64,000 nt of DNA. Origin: Octopus sinensis. Its lineage: Eukaryota. Positions 51,430-64,000 of the stretch are shown piece by piece. Both the position numbers and the translations under genes were made by a program. The DNA is taken from assembly GCF_006345805.1 (NCBI RefSeq), contig NC_043007.1, forward strand, positions 25,420,001 through 25,484,000. The letters run 5' to 3'. Below the pieces are notes generated by a model. That model was given only the letters and a program-made list of their open reading frames with translations, was not told the DNA's origin and did no database searches. The number at the start of each line of letters is the position of its first letter. Position 1 is the stretch's first letter.

Positions 51430-51802
51430 TTGGTGTTTGGGACACAACAAAACACAAATATTTTAGTATATTCACTTGTTTTCTAGACCATAACATAATA
51501 TTGATTATTACATAAAATAACTATTGAAGGTTTCAATTTAAATTTGAACATTTTTCAAACGAGCAGTCAAAAGTGGTCCCTGGGTGTTTCGATATCAAAG
51601 GAGTTAAATGTGTTTCGGACATAACAAAAGACAAATATTTTGGTAGATTAAGTTGTTGTTTGGAAACATAACATAAGATTATTACGCACAAAAAATTACG
51701 ACGGAGGGGTTTTAATTTAAATACCAACACTTCTAAGATGAGCGGTTTTGTATCACAGAGAGCCAGAGGTGGTCCCGCGCGGCTTGATATCAAAAGAGTT
51801 AA
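51430..51802. mobile_element. Two tandem diverged right halves of a TTAA-ended MITE
   Basis: Both start tg.tt.ggaca.aacaaaa.acaaatatttt and end gtggtccc...gatatcaaa.gagttaa (51608, 51802). Confidence 0.6.
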
Positions 51803-52532
51803 GTGGAACCAGTGTTGGCAGATGGTCAGTTGTCCTCTTTGTTCAGCCTCTAGCAAGCTATTTGTAAACATCCTTGTGAAAAGCAGCTTAAGCTCTTTAA
51901 ACTGGAGACAGTTCCTTCAATTGTTGCAGAATCAATAAGAACTATATGACAAATAGTTTAGTACGTATAAAATACAGCCATGGTTAATGTGTTGCTTCCA
52001 GTCTATAATTCCAAATGAATACTAAATTATTGATTGACGTTTTTTTTTCTATTTTCTTTTGACACTTCATGTGGAAATGATGATTTGTGATGTATGTGCT
52101 TTTGATCTGTTTTGCTTGTTGTATAGCCCCAAGTCAACCCTGATTTAGCAAATCTATGAATCAAAGTGGTTTCAGTTATAACCATCCCATCATTCATTTA
52201 GATACAGCATAATATATCAAAGACTGCTTTTTCTCATGTGCCTGTTCGTTTTCTGATTATAAAGTGTGATTTGAGACAAATTTGGCTGCTGCTTTTGGCA
52301 GGTTGTTATTTAATCCCAGGTTAACTCTTATCCCACAGACCTATGAGCAAAGACATCCTAGGCATAATATATCTTGGAATACATTATCTTCTATCTCTTT
52401 CCTTTTTTTCTTAACATAGTAGTGTGTGATTTGAAGGAGAATAAATTATTTCTAGTAGATCCCGCAACCTTGTTGTAGTTTCCTCATTGGTGTGTGCATG
52501 TGAGTTTAGTTGATTATTTCGTAGTGGTTTAA

Positions 52533-52753
52533 CCCTTTCGTTACCAACCTGGCTGAAACCGGCTTTGGCTTTGAGTACAAATGTCTTGTTTTCATTAAGT
52601 TTTGAATTAAAATATTCCACCAAACCTTAGTCACAATTTATGTTCCTAACCCTAGCTGAATGATAACTAAGTTATTTTACTAAATTCTTTGTTATATTTA
52701 AAGTAACTGAAAAAAACACAGAGCATCTTAAAATAAATACAGTAACGAAAGGG
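52533..52753. mobile_element. 221-bp piggyBac-type MITE
   Basis: TTAA-ccctttcgttac ... gtaacgaaaggg-TTAA: perfect 12-bp TIR and TTAA TSD. Confidence 0.9.
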
Positions 52754-52983
52754 TTAACTCTTTACTTCACTCTAAAGCAGTTGTCAGCCCTTGGGTAAGT
52801 GTTAAATATTATCTTAACCGATTTCTGTAATGGTGGATGGCAAAATCTGTTGACTATTGAACAAAATACTTTGCTGTATCTGGCTGGGTACTGAATTCAA
52901 ACCCTGCTTAGGTCCACTTTTTCTTTCATCCCTCTGCAGTCAATAAGACAAGTAGCATTTGGTTATATATTTTAGAGAGGTTA

Positions 52984-53156
52984 AAAAGCACCCACTACAC
53001 TCTCGGAGTGGTTGGCATTAGGAAGGGCATCCAGCTGTAGAAACTCTGCCAGATCAAGATTGAAGCCTGGTGCAGCCATCTGGTTCGCCAGTCCTCAGTC
53101 AAAATCGTCCAACCCATGCTAGCATGGAAAGCAGACGTTAAACGATGATGATAATG
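52984..53156 (+). mobile_element. RTE tail
   Basis: Nearly identical to 29600-29768. Confidence 0.88.
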
Positions 53157-53280
53157 AATGTCATTGATTGCACTTCAGAAAGTCCCAGCATGGCAACCAC
53201 CTAATGACTGAAACCAGTAACAGAAGTACTCTCTCTCTCTCTCCCATACACACACACAAACACACACACACACACACACA

Positions 53281-53318
<38 letters not shown>

Positions 53319-53659
53319 ATCTCTATCTTGAAAGAAACTGAACTTTTTGAAAAACAAATTTATTGTTTTACTTACATTTTTAACCGTTTAACTGCAGAAA
53401 TCAGATACATCCACTCAAAATTTCATTACATTAACCACTGAAAGCAATTTCATAATACTAATCTGTCTTTTGTTGAGGAATGTCATGTCTGAAACTTTTT
53501 TTTTTTTTTGTTGAGATATGTCAAGTTTATTGAGGCAATATAACTTGCAAATAATACCACTTCTATGGGTTTTTTTTAAGTAGATATTTAACATCATTGC
53601 TGGAACAACTATGAAATTCCATTTCTCAAAAATAAGTTTTCACTATTGTTGATATGCTG

Positions 53660-54150
53660 TTTATTTCTTATTTTGGAATGTATCCTGGACGTGTTTTTTG
53701 GTGTTATATGCAGATTTTGTGGTGATTCTTTGATTATTTGAAATTGGTGATTCTTCAGAGTGGATTTCAACTTTGGGAACCGAAAGAAAGTCTGCAGGGC
53801 TTAAATGCAGATTGTATAGTAGTTGGAGGATGAGATTCATCTTGTACTTTGCCAAAATGTCATGAATAAGTAATGGTGCATGAACAGGTGCATTGTCATG
53901 GTGCAACATCCAGGTTTTTGTTTGTCCATGCTTCATGTCTCTTCCTTCACACTGCCTCACTGAAATGGCCCAGGACATCTAAGTAAAACCTATGTGGTAC
54001 AAGCTTATGATAAAGGATGCTTTTCCAATCAAAAAAGACAAATCAACAGCATCATTTTTTTAAACCTGATATTGATATTTAGGTCAGAGTAAAGACTGCT
54101 TTGTAATTTCATCATCATAGCCATACACTCATGTCTCATCATCTATTACG
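53660..54150 (-). pseudogene. DD34D mariner transposase relic
   Basis: WMLHHDNAPVH...YNLHLSPADF (HHDNA..H / YSPDLAP.DF); 34 residues between the two Asp. Confidence 0.8.
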
Positions 54151-54544
54151 ACACTTTTTAGAAATCTGGTGTATGCAAATGAGATAGTATCAAATTAAAA
54201 TAGCCATCTATGTATCATATTTAATGTATATACACTGTTAATAGGCCAGTTTCAGCAGTAGTTCTGCTGAGACAACATCTCTTATGCTGTGTTAAAAACA
54301 ATAAATATCAGAGGGAGATGAAAACTTCCTAATTTGAAACCTTGGTACCACTCACAGTATTGTTTACAATTCAAACAATCCTCTCTAAAGGGTTCTTCCT
54401 TCATTTGAAAAGTCTCCATTAAAGATTTTCTCACTGTGAAACAGAATTTCACATAAACCTATTGCTGTTTGAAATCCTTTATTGTTTAATATGCGACAAA
54501 TTCTTAAGTTCCCTAAAAACACATTTCTCCTTGAAGGCCAAGGT

Positions 54545-54960
54545 TGAGCATGCTGCCCTGGTTGGTTTGCATTGTTTCAGTGGTTGGATTCAGATTCAGA
54601 TTCTGTGGGACAGGTCTCTCCGTTTTTTGCCTCTTTATTCTTTCAGATGAAGAGCGTAGGCTTGAAACATAAAAGACTTTTCCATTCTTCCCAAGCATTA
54701 ATACACCTGCTTGTTGTTTTCTGTAAATTTGAACTATGTATACATATATATATATATATATATAGTTAATCCAAACATGAAAACACAAAGAGAAAACGCA
54801 ACAACGTGACGACATGGAACAAGTATAGTGTTATTGGACACTCAGGAAAGGAAAGAAAGAAGGAGGATTTAATGCTTCGAGCGGAGCTCTTCGTCAGAAA
54901 CATAGGAAAAGGAAGGGAAGACAGGAAAAAAAATCGTCAACGATACACATGCGGTCACAC
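54545..54960. mobile_element. Two tail-to-tail Penelope-like terminal fragments separated by (TA)n, each with a decayed minimal hammerhead motif
   Basis: Plus 54639-54676 and minus 54900-54868 hammerhead-like cores. Confidence 0.55.
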
Positions 54961-55850
54961 ACATATAATGTGTTTTGGTAGGGTCATTTTGTCCCTAAAA
55001 CATTTTGAGAAATTAACAGGAAACAAGTGCATTTCCATTGTTATGGTCACAAGACATGATGAAAGGATTTTGACAAACTAATTAATCAGTTGTTTGCATA
55101 AATTAATTAGTTTATTGATAATGGAATAGAAGTGAATCGCAGCCTATGCATGTGTTTTATTGACTGAATAATGTTCCCAAAGCACAACAACATTTTTTTT
55201 TCAACACATGGTTCTACACTAATACAAAAATCACACACACACATACACACACACGCACACACACTCTATATTATATATGTGTGTGTGTATTTGTGCAAGC
55301 ATGGCTGCAGTTGAATAACTAAGGTTAGTAAAAGGGGAAAAAAAGATTAAAAAAAGAGAAAATATCCTTTTTCTATTGATTTTCCCCTTTGATCTTTTAG
55401 TACTTTACGGGCAGAATGACCTTGTCAGAGAACAAGTGTGATATATATATATATATATATAATATATATATATATTATATATATATATGTATGTAATTAT
55501 ATGTATGTGTGTATATGATGTGGGTGGGTGTGTATATATATGTGGGCGTGTATGTGTTTGAGTGTTTCTTTTATTGATTTTAGTCTTTGGATTGTGGTCA
55601 TGATGGGATTTTGCTTTCTAAATTATAATCAATTACATTAAACCTAATATGTATCTGTTTGTCTGCTAGTTATCTCTACTCTTTCACAGTTTTCCTCTGC
55701 ACTCCCTTACTGGTCCCTTGAATATGTTTATACTGGTCTATAGAATACTTTTTTTATAGGGACATGCATGGCTGCATTATTAAGAGGTTTGCTTCTTAAC
55801 CCTGTGGTCTCAAGTTCAAACTCACTCTCTAGCACTTTGGACAATAGCCC

Positions 55851-56086
55851 AAGGCGGTGAGCTGGCAGAAACATTAGCATGCCGGGCGAAATGTTTAGTG
55901 GTATTACGTCTGTCATTACGTTTTGAGTTCAAAATTCCGCCGAGGTTGACTTTGCCTTTCATCCTTTCAGGGTCGATAAATTAAGTACCAGTTACGCACT
56001 GGGGTCGATATAGTCGACATAATCCGTCTGTCTGTCCTTGTTTGTCTCCTCTGTGTTTAGCCCCTTGTCGGTAGTAAAGAAATAGG
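55851..56086 (+). mobile_element. SINE B inserted in an old SINE A, 12-bp TSD
   Basis: ggacaatagccc at 55839-55850 and 56085-56096. Confidence 0.92.
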
Positions 56087-56189
56087 ACAATAGCCCTGAG
56101 TAGACCAAAGCCTTGTGGATGGATTTCAGAAATGGAAACAGCAAGAAGCTCATGTTATATATCTGTCTATCTGTCTGTTTGTATGTATA

Positions 56190-56331
56190 TGTGTTAAGAA
56201 GTTTACTTCCCAACCACATGGTTCTGGGTTCAGTTCCACTCCGTGGCACATTGGGCAGGTGTTTTCTGCTATAGCCTCGGGCTGACCAAAGCCTTGTGAG
56301 TGGATTTGGTAGACAGAAACTGAAAGAAGCC

Positions 56332-56419
<88 letters not shown>

Positions 56420-56580
56420 ATATATATATATATTATATATATATATATGTACATATCTATGTGTGTGTGTTGTTGTGTCTGTGTTTGTCCCCTCCACATC
56501 ACCGCTTGACAACTGGTGTTGATGTGTTTATGTCCCTGTAGCTTAGCGGTTCAGCAAAACAGACTGATAGAATGAGTAAT
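56190..56580 (+). mobile_element. SINE A with expanded internal (TA)n
   Basis: Matches consensus. Confidence 0.85.
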
Positions 56581-56671
56581 AGGCATATATGATTTGTAAA
56601 AGCATGTGACATATTAATAAAAGTCTGTAAATATAAAACCATCCAGATTTCTGAGTACCTTATTTCTTCTA

Positions 56672-56776
<105 letters not shown>

Positions 56777-57319
56777 ATGTACGTACCCTTGTCTTGCCAT
56801 CAGGTGATGGTCGTAAAAGAGCATCACCATCATATAAGTGATAATGTTTAATCCCAGTCTTCCAAGAAAAAAAAGCATATCTGGCCATTTTACCTTTCCT
56901 GGAAACAAATGAGGTTGGCAACGGGAAGAGCATCCAGTCGTCGAAAATCTGCTTCGACAAATTACATCTAACCCATGCAGGCATGGAATAGTGGACGTTA
57001 AGTGGTGGTGATGATGATGTTGATGCTGATGATGATGATGATGATGATTCTGGTTCCCTATATACTCTTTCACTGGTTTCCAGAATTCTCTTTTACTGAT
57101 TCCTTTTAAACACTTTTTACTAGTTTTCCACCATACACTTTTACAGATTTCTGCCATTTTAGCTGTTGTCTTCTTTTGCTTCTTCTGTTTTCTTTTCTTT
57201 TTTTCTTTTTTCTTTTTTCGCTCATGTTTTCTCGGATTACTTTGTATATTGGTAAAACTAAACAAACATTTATCTAGCACTAGTGGATAGTAATCTCTTG
57301 TAGACTTGCCAGTTGATGT

Positions 57320-57415
57320 TACTACTACTACTACTACTGCTGCTGCCGCTACCACTACCATTACTACTACTACTAGTGCTACTACTACTACTACTAATAA
57401 TAATAATATTACTTC

Positions 57416-57446
<31 letters not shown>

Positions 57447-57447
57447 A
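57320..57447. repeat. (CTA)n/(TTG)n microsatellites
   Basis: Directly visible. Confidence 0.9.
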
Positions 57448-58147
57448 CTCTCTGCAAGCATACTTAAAACATTGATAAAACTAGATAGAGAGTGAGTCAT
57501 CAGCTGATTGTATGTATACCAACTAAGCTGCTGTTACATGAAGTGTGTATGTGTGTGTGCATATGGTTTTATATATATGTGTATGTATGTGTGTGTGTGT
57601 GTGTGTGTGTTTGTGTGTGTCCACGAATGGTTTAAAATAAAAGCTGGGAGATAATGGATGCTAGATGAAGAATTATTAAAGGCAAGGCAGAAGAATATTT
57701 GCCTTACTATGAGACAGTATATGTTCAAAGAAAGTGAGGCTCAGCTTCTAAATAACAGGAATATGGCTGGAGATTTTATTGGAATCACATATATACATAT
57801 GCACATACATGGTATAGCTGTACACATATACACAAATCCACACACACACACACACGCATACACACAAGCATATACTCACATTTATGCATTTACATATACA
57901 CTTCGTTATTCATTATCATTTAACGTCCACTTTTCCATGCTTGCATGAGTCGGATGGAATTTGTTGAGGCAAATCTTCTATGGCTCGATGCCCTCCCTGT
58001 TGTTAGTCTATGCCTTTTTTTTTTTACCAGGCAAGGTAATATTCCCCATGGCCAGACATGTTTTCCCATGGAAAACTGGAAACATGTAGCATCTCTTCTA
58101 TAGCAGTGAGGCTTGTTAACAACCATTGCATGATGTTTGGACTAGAG

Positions 58148-58186
<39 letters not shown>

Positions 58187-59194
58187 TCGCACTCTCTCTC
58201 TCTCTCGCACTCACACATTCGCACTCTCTCTCTCTCACACACACTCACACTCTCTCTCACATACACACACTCACACTCACAATACACACATGCGTACATA
58301 CATATATATGTGATGGGCTTCTCTCAGTTTCTTCTATCAAATCCATTCACAAAGCTTTGGTTGGCTCCTGGTTATTATAGAAGAACACACTTTTCCAAGG
58401 TCACACACAGTGGGACTGAACCGGAGACCCCATGGTTAGGAAGCAAGCTTCTTAACCACACACACCTGCCTATACACACACACATACGGTTTAGGTTGTT
58501 GGGGGTCATGATTGTAAGATTGTGGGTTTGATTCCTGAACTGGGTGATACATTGTGTTCTTGAGCAAGACACTTCATTTCATATTGTTCCAGTCCACTCA
58601 GCTGGCAAAAATGAGTATTCCTGTGACAGACCAGCATCCTGTCCAGGGAGGAATGCATACTCCCAGACAATCCTGGAAAATAGTGCTATGAGTCTATACA
58701 ACTTGGAATGGCCTTTGGACATCTGTTAGTTGTTTGAAGCCTGTTTTATTGCTGGTTGTTACCTTGTTGGGAGTGACATACAATGAAAAGAAATTTGTGT
58801 TTGGTATTTGGGACATAACAAAAGACAAATATTTTAGTATATTCAGTTTTGTTTTCTAGACCATAACATAAGATTGATTCAAACCTGGTGCAGCTCTCCA
58901 GGCTTGCCATCTCCAACTAAACTATCCAATTTATGCTAGTATAGAAAATTGGCATTAAATGATGATGATGGTGATAGTGGTGGTGGTGGTGACGGTGGTA
59001 GTGATGGTGATGATGATGATGATGATGATACAGTGGGCTTGTTTTAGTGTCTGTCTACCAAATTCACTCACAAGGATTTGGTCAGTCTGGGGGCCATAGT
59101 AGAAGAGACTTGCCCAAGGTGCTGCGCTGTGGGAACGAACCCAAGACCAATAAACCAAAAGTGAATGTAATAGTTTTTGTGTGTAAAGGGAAAT

Positions 59195-59370
59195 GTAACT
59201 AACGATGGAATTCCAGAATGTTGATGTTCTGGGGAAGAAGAAATTGATTAAATATTCATGAAGCAAGTCAGATGCAAGACATAGTATAGATCATGGGAGG
59301 AAGAGAGATAGTATGTTGGTGAGCTTAAGAGGAGGTGGTATGCAACTTGGTGGTTCAGGAAGATAGCTAT
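59195..59370 (-). pseudogene. Decayed CR1/Jockey-type LINE 3' ORF fragment
   Basis: Minus translation NFFFPRTSTFWNSI (SFFPRT..LWN.L motif). Confidence 0.45.
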
Positions 59371-59385
59371 AAAATAGAGAGAAGA

Positions 59386-59426
<41 letters not shown>

Positions 59427-59798
59427 AAAAAGATAGATAGAGAGAGAGAACATATCTATGACCAGAAGTTGTAATGCGTCGTTAAGGGTTGTCTTTATCA
59501 ATCAGTCGGATGGTCTATACTAAAAAAATTACATCATATCTTTTGTATTTCCTTCAGTAATAAAATGAAACAGCTTCTGTTGGCTTCCCTGTTATATGTA
59601 TTCCATGTTGTGTTTGCTGAAATAAGCTTGTAGACATCAATATACATCTAATATTATAAATATATCTCCTATTTTGCTAAGTATATCTGTTTAATATCTT
59701 ATCACTAGTTTATTGCAATATTTTCCAAAGATATTAAGAATTGAGTGTATTAGAGTAATTGGGCATCTCGGGGACTAAAATTTTAACATTTTCTCGAC

Positions 59799-60190
59799 GT
59801 GTGGTAAGTAGCTTGTTTACCAACCACATGGTTCCGGGTTTAGTCCCACTGCGTGGCCTCTTGGGCAAGTGTCTTCTACTATAGCCTTGGGCCGACCAAA
59901 GCCTTGTGAGTGGATTTGGGAGATGAAAACTGAAAGAAGCCCATCATGTGTGTGTATATGTATGTGTGTGTATATGTTTGTGTGTCTGCATTTGTCCCCC
60001 CAACATCGCTTGACAACCGATGCTGGTGTGTTTACGTTGCCGTAACTTAGCGGTTCGGCAAAAGAGACCGATAGAATAAGTACTAGGCTTACAAAGAATA
60101 AGTCCTGGGGTCGATTTGCTTGACTAAAGGCGGTGCTCCAGTATGGCCACAGTCACATTACTGAAACAAGTAAAAAGTAAAAAGTAAAAA
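59799..60190 (+). mobile_element. SINE A (slightly 5'-truncated, young)
   Basis: Matches consensus with CpGs intact; (agtaaaa)n tail. Confidence 0.92.
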
Positions 60191-60464
60191 ACTGTAATAA
60201 GTATTTCCCAATAATATCAACTTATGCATATATATGAAGTAATTTAAAGAAAAGAAATTCTAAATTTTCGTATGGAATGGTGAATTTTGTTTATTCACTT
60301 AGTTTAACTATGAAAGAATAATGGCGAAACCTCTGTATCATTTGGTTATTAAAACAAAGTGTAATGGTTAAAATGTTTTGACTATAATCATTGGAAAAAT
60401 TTGGTCTTTTTCCTCCTCATGATGTTAAAGAAAGTGTTCCTATTTCTTCTTTCACATCTAAGCA

Positions 60465-60820
60465 CAGACATGGTTGTGTTGTTAAAAAGCTTGCTTTGCA
60501 ACTACACAGTTTTGGGTTCAGTCCCACTGTGTGGCACCTTGGACAGCAGTCTTGTACTATAACCCCAGGTTGATTAATGCCTTGTGAGTGAATTTGGTAG
60601 ATAGAAACTGTGTGGAAGCCAATCATACCTCTGTGTGTGTGTGTGGGTGTATGTCTCCTGCCACTGCATAACTGGTGTTGGTTTGTTTATATTCAGTGAT
60701 TTTAAAGGTTCAGCAAAAAAAAAAATGATGTACTGGGGCAAGTTTACTTCACTAAACCCTTCAAGGTGGTGCCCCAGCATGACCACAATCCTATGACAGA
60801 AGCAAATAAAAGATAAAGAT
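60465..60820 (+). mobile_element. Old SINE A-related copy
   Basis: Diverged head, CORE-like block and 3' gccccagcatgaccac. Confidence 0.7.
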
Positions 60821-60875
60821 AACGCCAACCTCTGTTTCTTGTTAAATATGTTAATGCTAAGTTAATCTACTTTTA

Positions 60876-61223
60876 AGGATTCCATGGACAGTGAGGCTCA
60901 CCAATGGAGAAGTTCTTAAGCAGAAAGGGCCGAAAATGTCGCTAGAAGCTAGGATCACCAAGCATAGATTGGCATATTTTGGTCATATTATGTGGAGAAA
61001 ATCCCTGGAGAAGGACATCATGCTCGGAATGGTCAGTGGCAAGAGAGGAAGAGGCCGACCAAGAACCTGCTGGCTTGACACCATCAAGAGTGATACCGGA
61101 ATGGACATAGCCAATATGAAAGAAGCGGCCCAGGATAGAACTGACTGAAGGACACTGATCCAATGAGTGACCGAGAGTTGACTTCGACTGAGCGGACAGA
61201 GAGAGAGAGAGAGAGAGAGAGAG
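60876..61223 (+). pseudogene. BovB-like RTE LINE 3' fragment with (GA)n tail
   Basis: IPWT.R.TN.EVL...RLAYFGHIM...SLEKDIMLG...KRGRGRPR..WLD.I; in-frame stops downstream. Confidence 0.85.
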
Positions 61224-61841
61224 AACTTAACCTACACAGTGGAATTATTCTATGGTATCCAACCATGGAAACCAAGCCAAAACAGATGATTCAAACCTGG
61301 TGCAGCTCTCCAGGCTTGCCGTCTCTAACTAAACTGTCCAACTTATGCTAGTACGGAAAATTGGCATTAGATGATGATGATGATGATGATAATAATAATG
61401 ATGATGATGGTGATGATGATGATACAGTGGGCTTGTTTTAGATTCTGTCTACCAAATTCACTCACAAGGATTTGGTCAGTCTGGGGCCATAGTAAAAGAG
61501 ATTTGACCAAGGTGCTGCCCAGTGGGAACGAACCCAAGACCAATAAACAAAAAGTGAATGTAATAGTCTTTGTGTGTGTTTTAGACACTTCCATGATGTA
61601 AATGTTTCAGTCCTGGTACTAATGACCCTAGATCAGGTTACTTGCCAAACAAGTACAACTTTTGAAACTCACCTATTTTCCTTTTTTTTTTATTATTATT
61701 ATTATTACCATGCCAATGGAATGCATCTTTAAATATTTCGTTTTATTGCTGTCTTTTTATTTGTCTGTGTATGTTCTATACTTTAATTAAACTTGAATGA
61801 AAAATGCCTCCTTTACCTATTTACTTGTTTGCATGAAACCA

Positions 61842-61891
<50 letters not shown>

Positions 61892-63164
61892 GATTTGTGT
61901 GTTTATACACATGTATAAACTGATGGTTTGTCTCAGCAAAAAACTCAAGTATAACAAACTACATCACATTCTTCAGTATCATAGTGGAGGTGGTGGGATT
62001 CTACCTTGAGCAGTGCTTTTATTGAAGCTGCACTTTTGGGTCTGCTCTAAAGGCCCAACTGTGAAGCTGAACTTAGAATATATATATATATACTCTGCAA
62101 GCTAAGTATTGAGAATTTTTTTTTTTTTCACTAATAATGCGAATCTTATATACAACTCTTTGCTCATGACAGACGACCTTTCAGTGCTTCCCCAAGTTGA
62201 TGTTGAGTGGAAGGGCATCTGGCCCTAAACATTCTGGCAAAAATACATGATATACTCAAACAACAAAGATTGGTGGTTTTCTCTTCCATTGTGGCAAGAT
62301 ACTGATTGGATACAAAGTTATCTAACCCATGCCAGCATGAAAAAATAGACATAAAATGATGGTGATAAACGTATACAAAATGCACCAATCTGTACTCCTC
62401 TTTTCTTTTCCTAAACTTACTTCACTGGCATCTGCTCCTCAGAGCTGGTTGCCCTTGCATAACCTGTATACGGGCACTCTGAACTCACTTGTTTCCCCTT
62501 CTCATCACCCATATTGTTTACCCAACCCCTTCCCCAAACTTTGCATTAAATCCCCTACATCCTAAAACTTCCTCCCCGGGACATCAGCATTTTCAGATTC
62601 CCACCTTGCACACATGAATTTTCTGCAGCCGTCATCTTGCAACTGTTTCAAAAGGAACATTAATTATATTGATCTGACCGGTCTTGGAAGGCCATTGAAG
62701 GCCGTGGGCAGAATCCCTTCCTCCAGTCCCTACCACAAAAGAATGAATTATAGAAATACCGTGACAAAAATGCGATTCTCCAATCAATTATGTAAAAGCA
62801 CATCCAAGACTTTTTGATATTCAAAGGAATGACTGTTCCAGAAAATCATTAAATTCTTGCATCCTGCTGAAACCTGTCTAATTTTCTGAGATTGCCATCC
62901 ATTCTTAAGTGTTTGGTGCTGATTTCAAAGTTACTGTGCATTTTGTCAACTTGAAATGAATGACTTTTGTGAATTCATTTGTTTTATTGCTCTAAGTCCG
63001 TTTAACCTTTGTGATGCTGAGATCATTCACCTGTGACAGTCTCTAGCTCTTTGTTACCGAACCATCTGAGATCACCCCTGGGTGGGTGATGCAGAATTCG
63101 TTTTGAAGTGTTTGTCCTTAAATTAAAAGCATCCAATATAATTTTTATCTCTCTTTTTCGTATT

Positions 63165-63540
63165 CTACTTGCTTAAGTAATTGGTCTGTGGCCATGCTGG
63201 GGCACTGCATTGAAGGGATTAGTCAAACAAATCAGCCCCTTTACTTATTTTTAAGTGTGGTACTTATTCTCTCTGTCACTTTTGCTGAACCACTAAGTTA
63301 CGGGGATGTAAACAAACCAACACCTGGTGTCGAGCATTGGTGAGAGACAAACACAAAGACACACATACATATATGCATATAACAGGCTTCCACACATTTT
63401 CCACCTACTGAATTCACTCACAAGGCATCAGTCAACCCAGAGCTATGTTGAAAGCACTTACCCAAAGTATTGCATAGAGGGACTGAACCTGAAACCATGT
63501 GGTTGCAAAACAAGCTTCTTAACCACATGGCCAAGCCTAT
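63165..63540 (-). mobile_element. Old full-length SINE A-related copy
   Basis: Diverged, CpG-decayed match. Confidence 0.75.
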
Positions 63541-64000
63541 AAAAAATATTTTAGTTAAGTTTGAAATGCTAGAATACTCTTGGACAAATTGGTTTTTTCG
63601 CTGAGCCCTTCCAAATTTTTGATTATTTCCCAAATTAATTGACACACATGAACAGTCATAATTGTTTAGAAGCATGGCCATGAATGGATCAAACTTTGAT
63701 TTATATTTTTGATTTTGAATTTTTCTCAAGTAATAAAACTAAGAAATGCATTGTTACCATTTTCATCGCTTTCAGGTAATTAAATGGTGAAGTGGTGGAA
63801 TGGTTAGAATGTTGGATGAAATGACTTGTGGTATTTGTTCTAACTCTCTGCACTCTGAGTTCAGATCTTGCTGAGATCATCTTTCCTTTTAGCATTTCAG
63901 GGTTGATAAATAAAGTACCAATCCAGAGCAGTGGGCTGGTGGAACTGTTAGAGCATTGGACAAGATGTTTTGTGGTTACTGTTGTGGCTGTTAGCATTTT

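Overview
Repeat-saturated, AT-rich animal genomic DNA, not prokaryotic. The SINE/RTE repeat families and microsatellite load look like Octopus (coleoid cephalopod); this is inferred from pattern recognition, not a search. No host protein-coding gene can be identified, and almost all ORFs in the track are microsatellite or SINE translations. The only real coding sequences are transposon-derived: a 5'-truncated, young-looking RTE LINE (38.6-41.8 kb) with a PHD-type zinc finger inside ORF2 and a tandemly repeated 3' UTR; a DD41D (rosa-type) and a DD34D mariner transposase relic; and short RTE and CR1-like 3' fragments. Also present are dozens of tRNA-type SINE copies (at least 4 families), many RTE 3' tails, several MITEs (long-TIR, TA-flanked mariner-type, TTAA piggyBac-type, Tigger-like end) and Penelope-like ends with decayed minimal hammerhead motifs. 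CpGs are retained up to about 10.4 kb and decayed after that, suggesting most of the window lies in a methylated gene body (long introns). A few candidate small exons and enhancer-like unique blocks are noted. Local rearrangements (a templated inverted copy, a two-template chimera, recurrent SINE concatemers) are visible directly. I found no convincing new biological system; the best leads are listed with tests.
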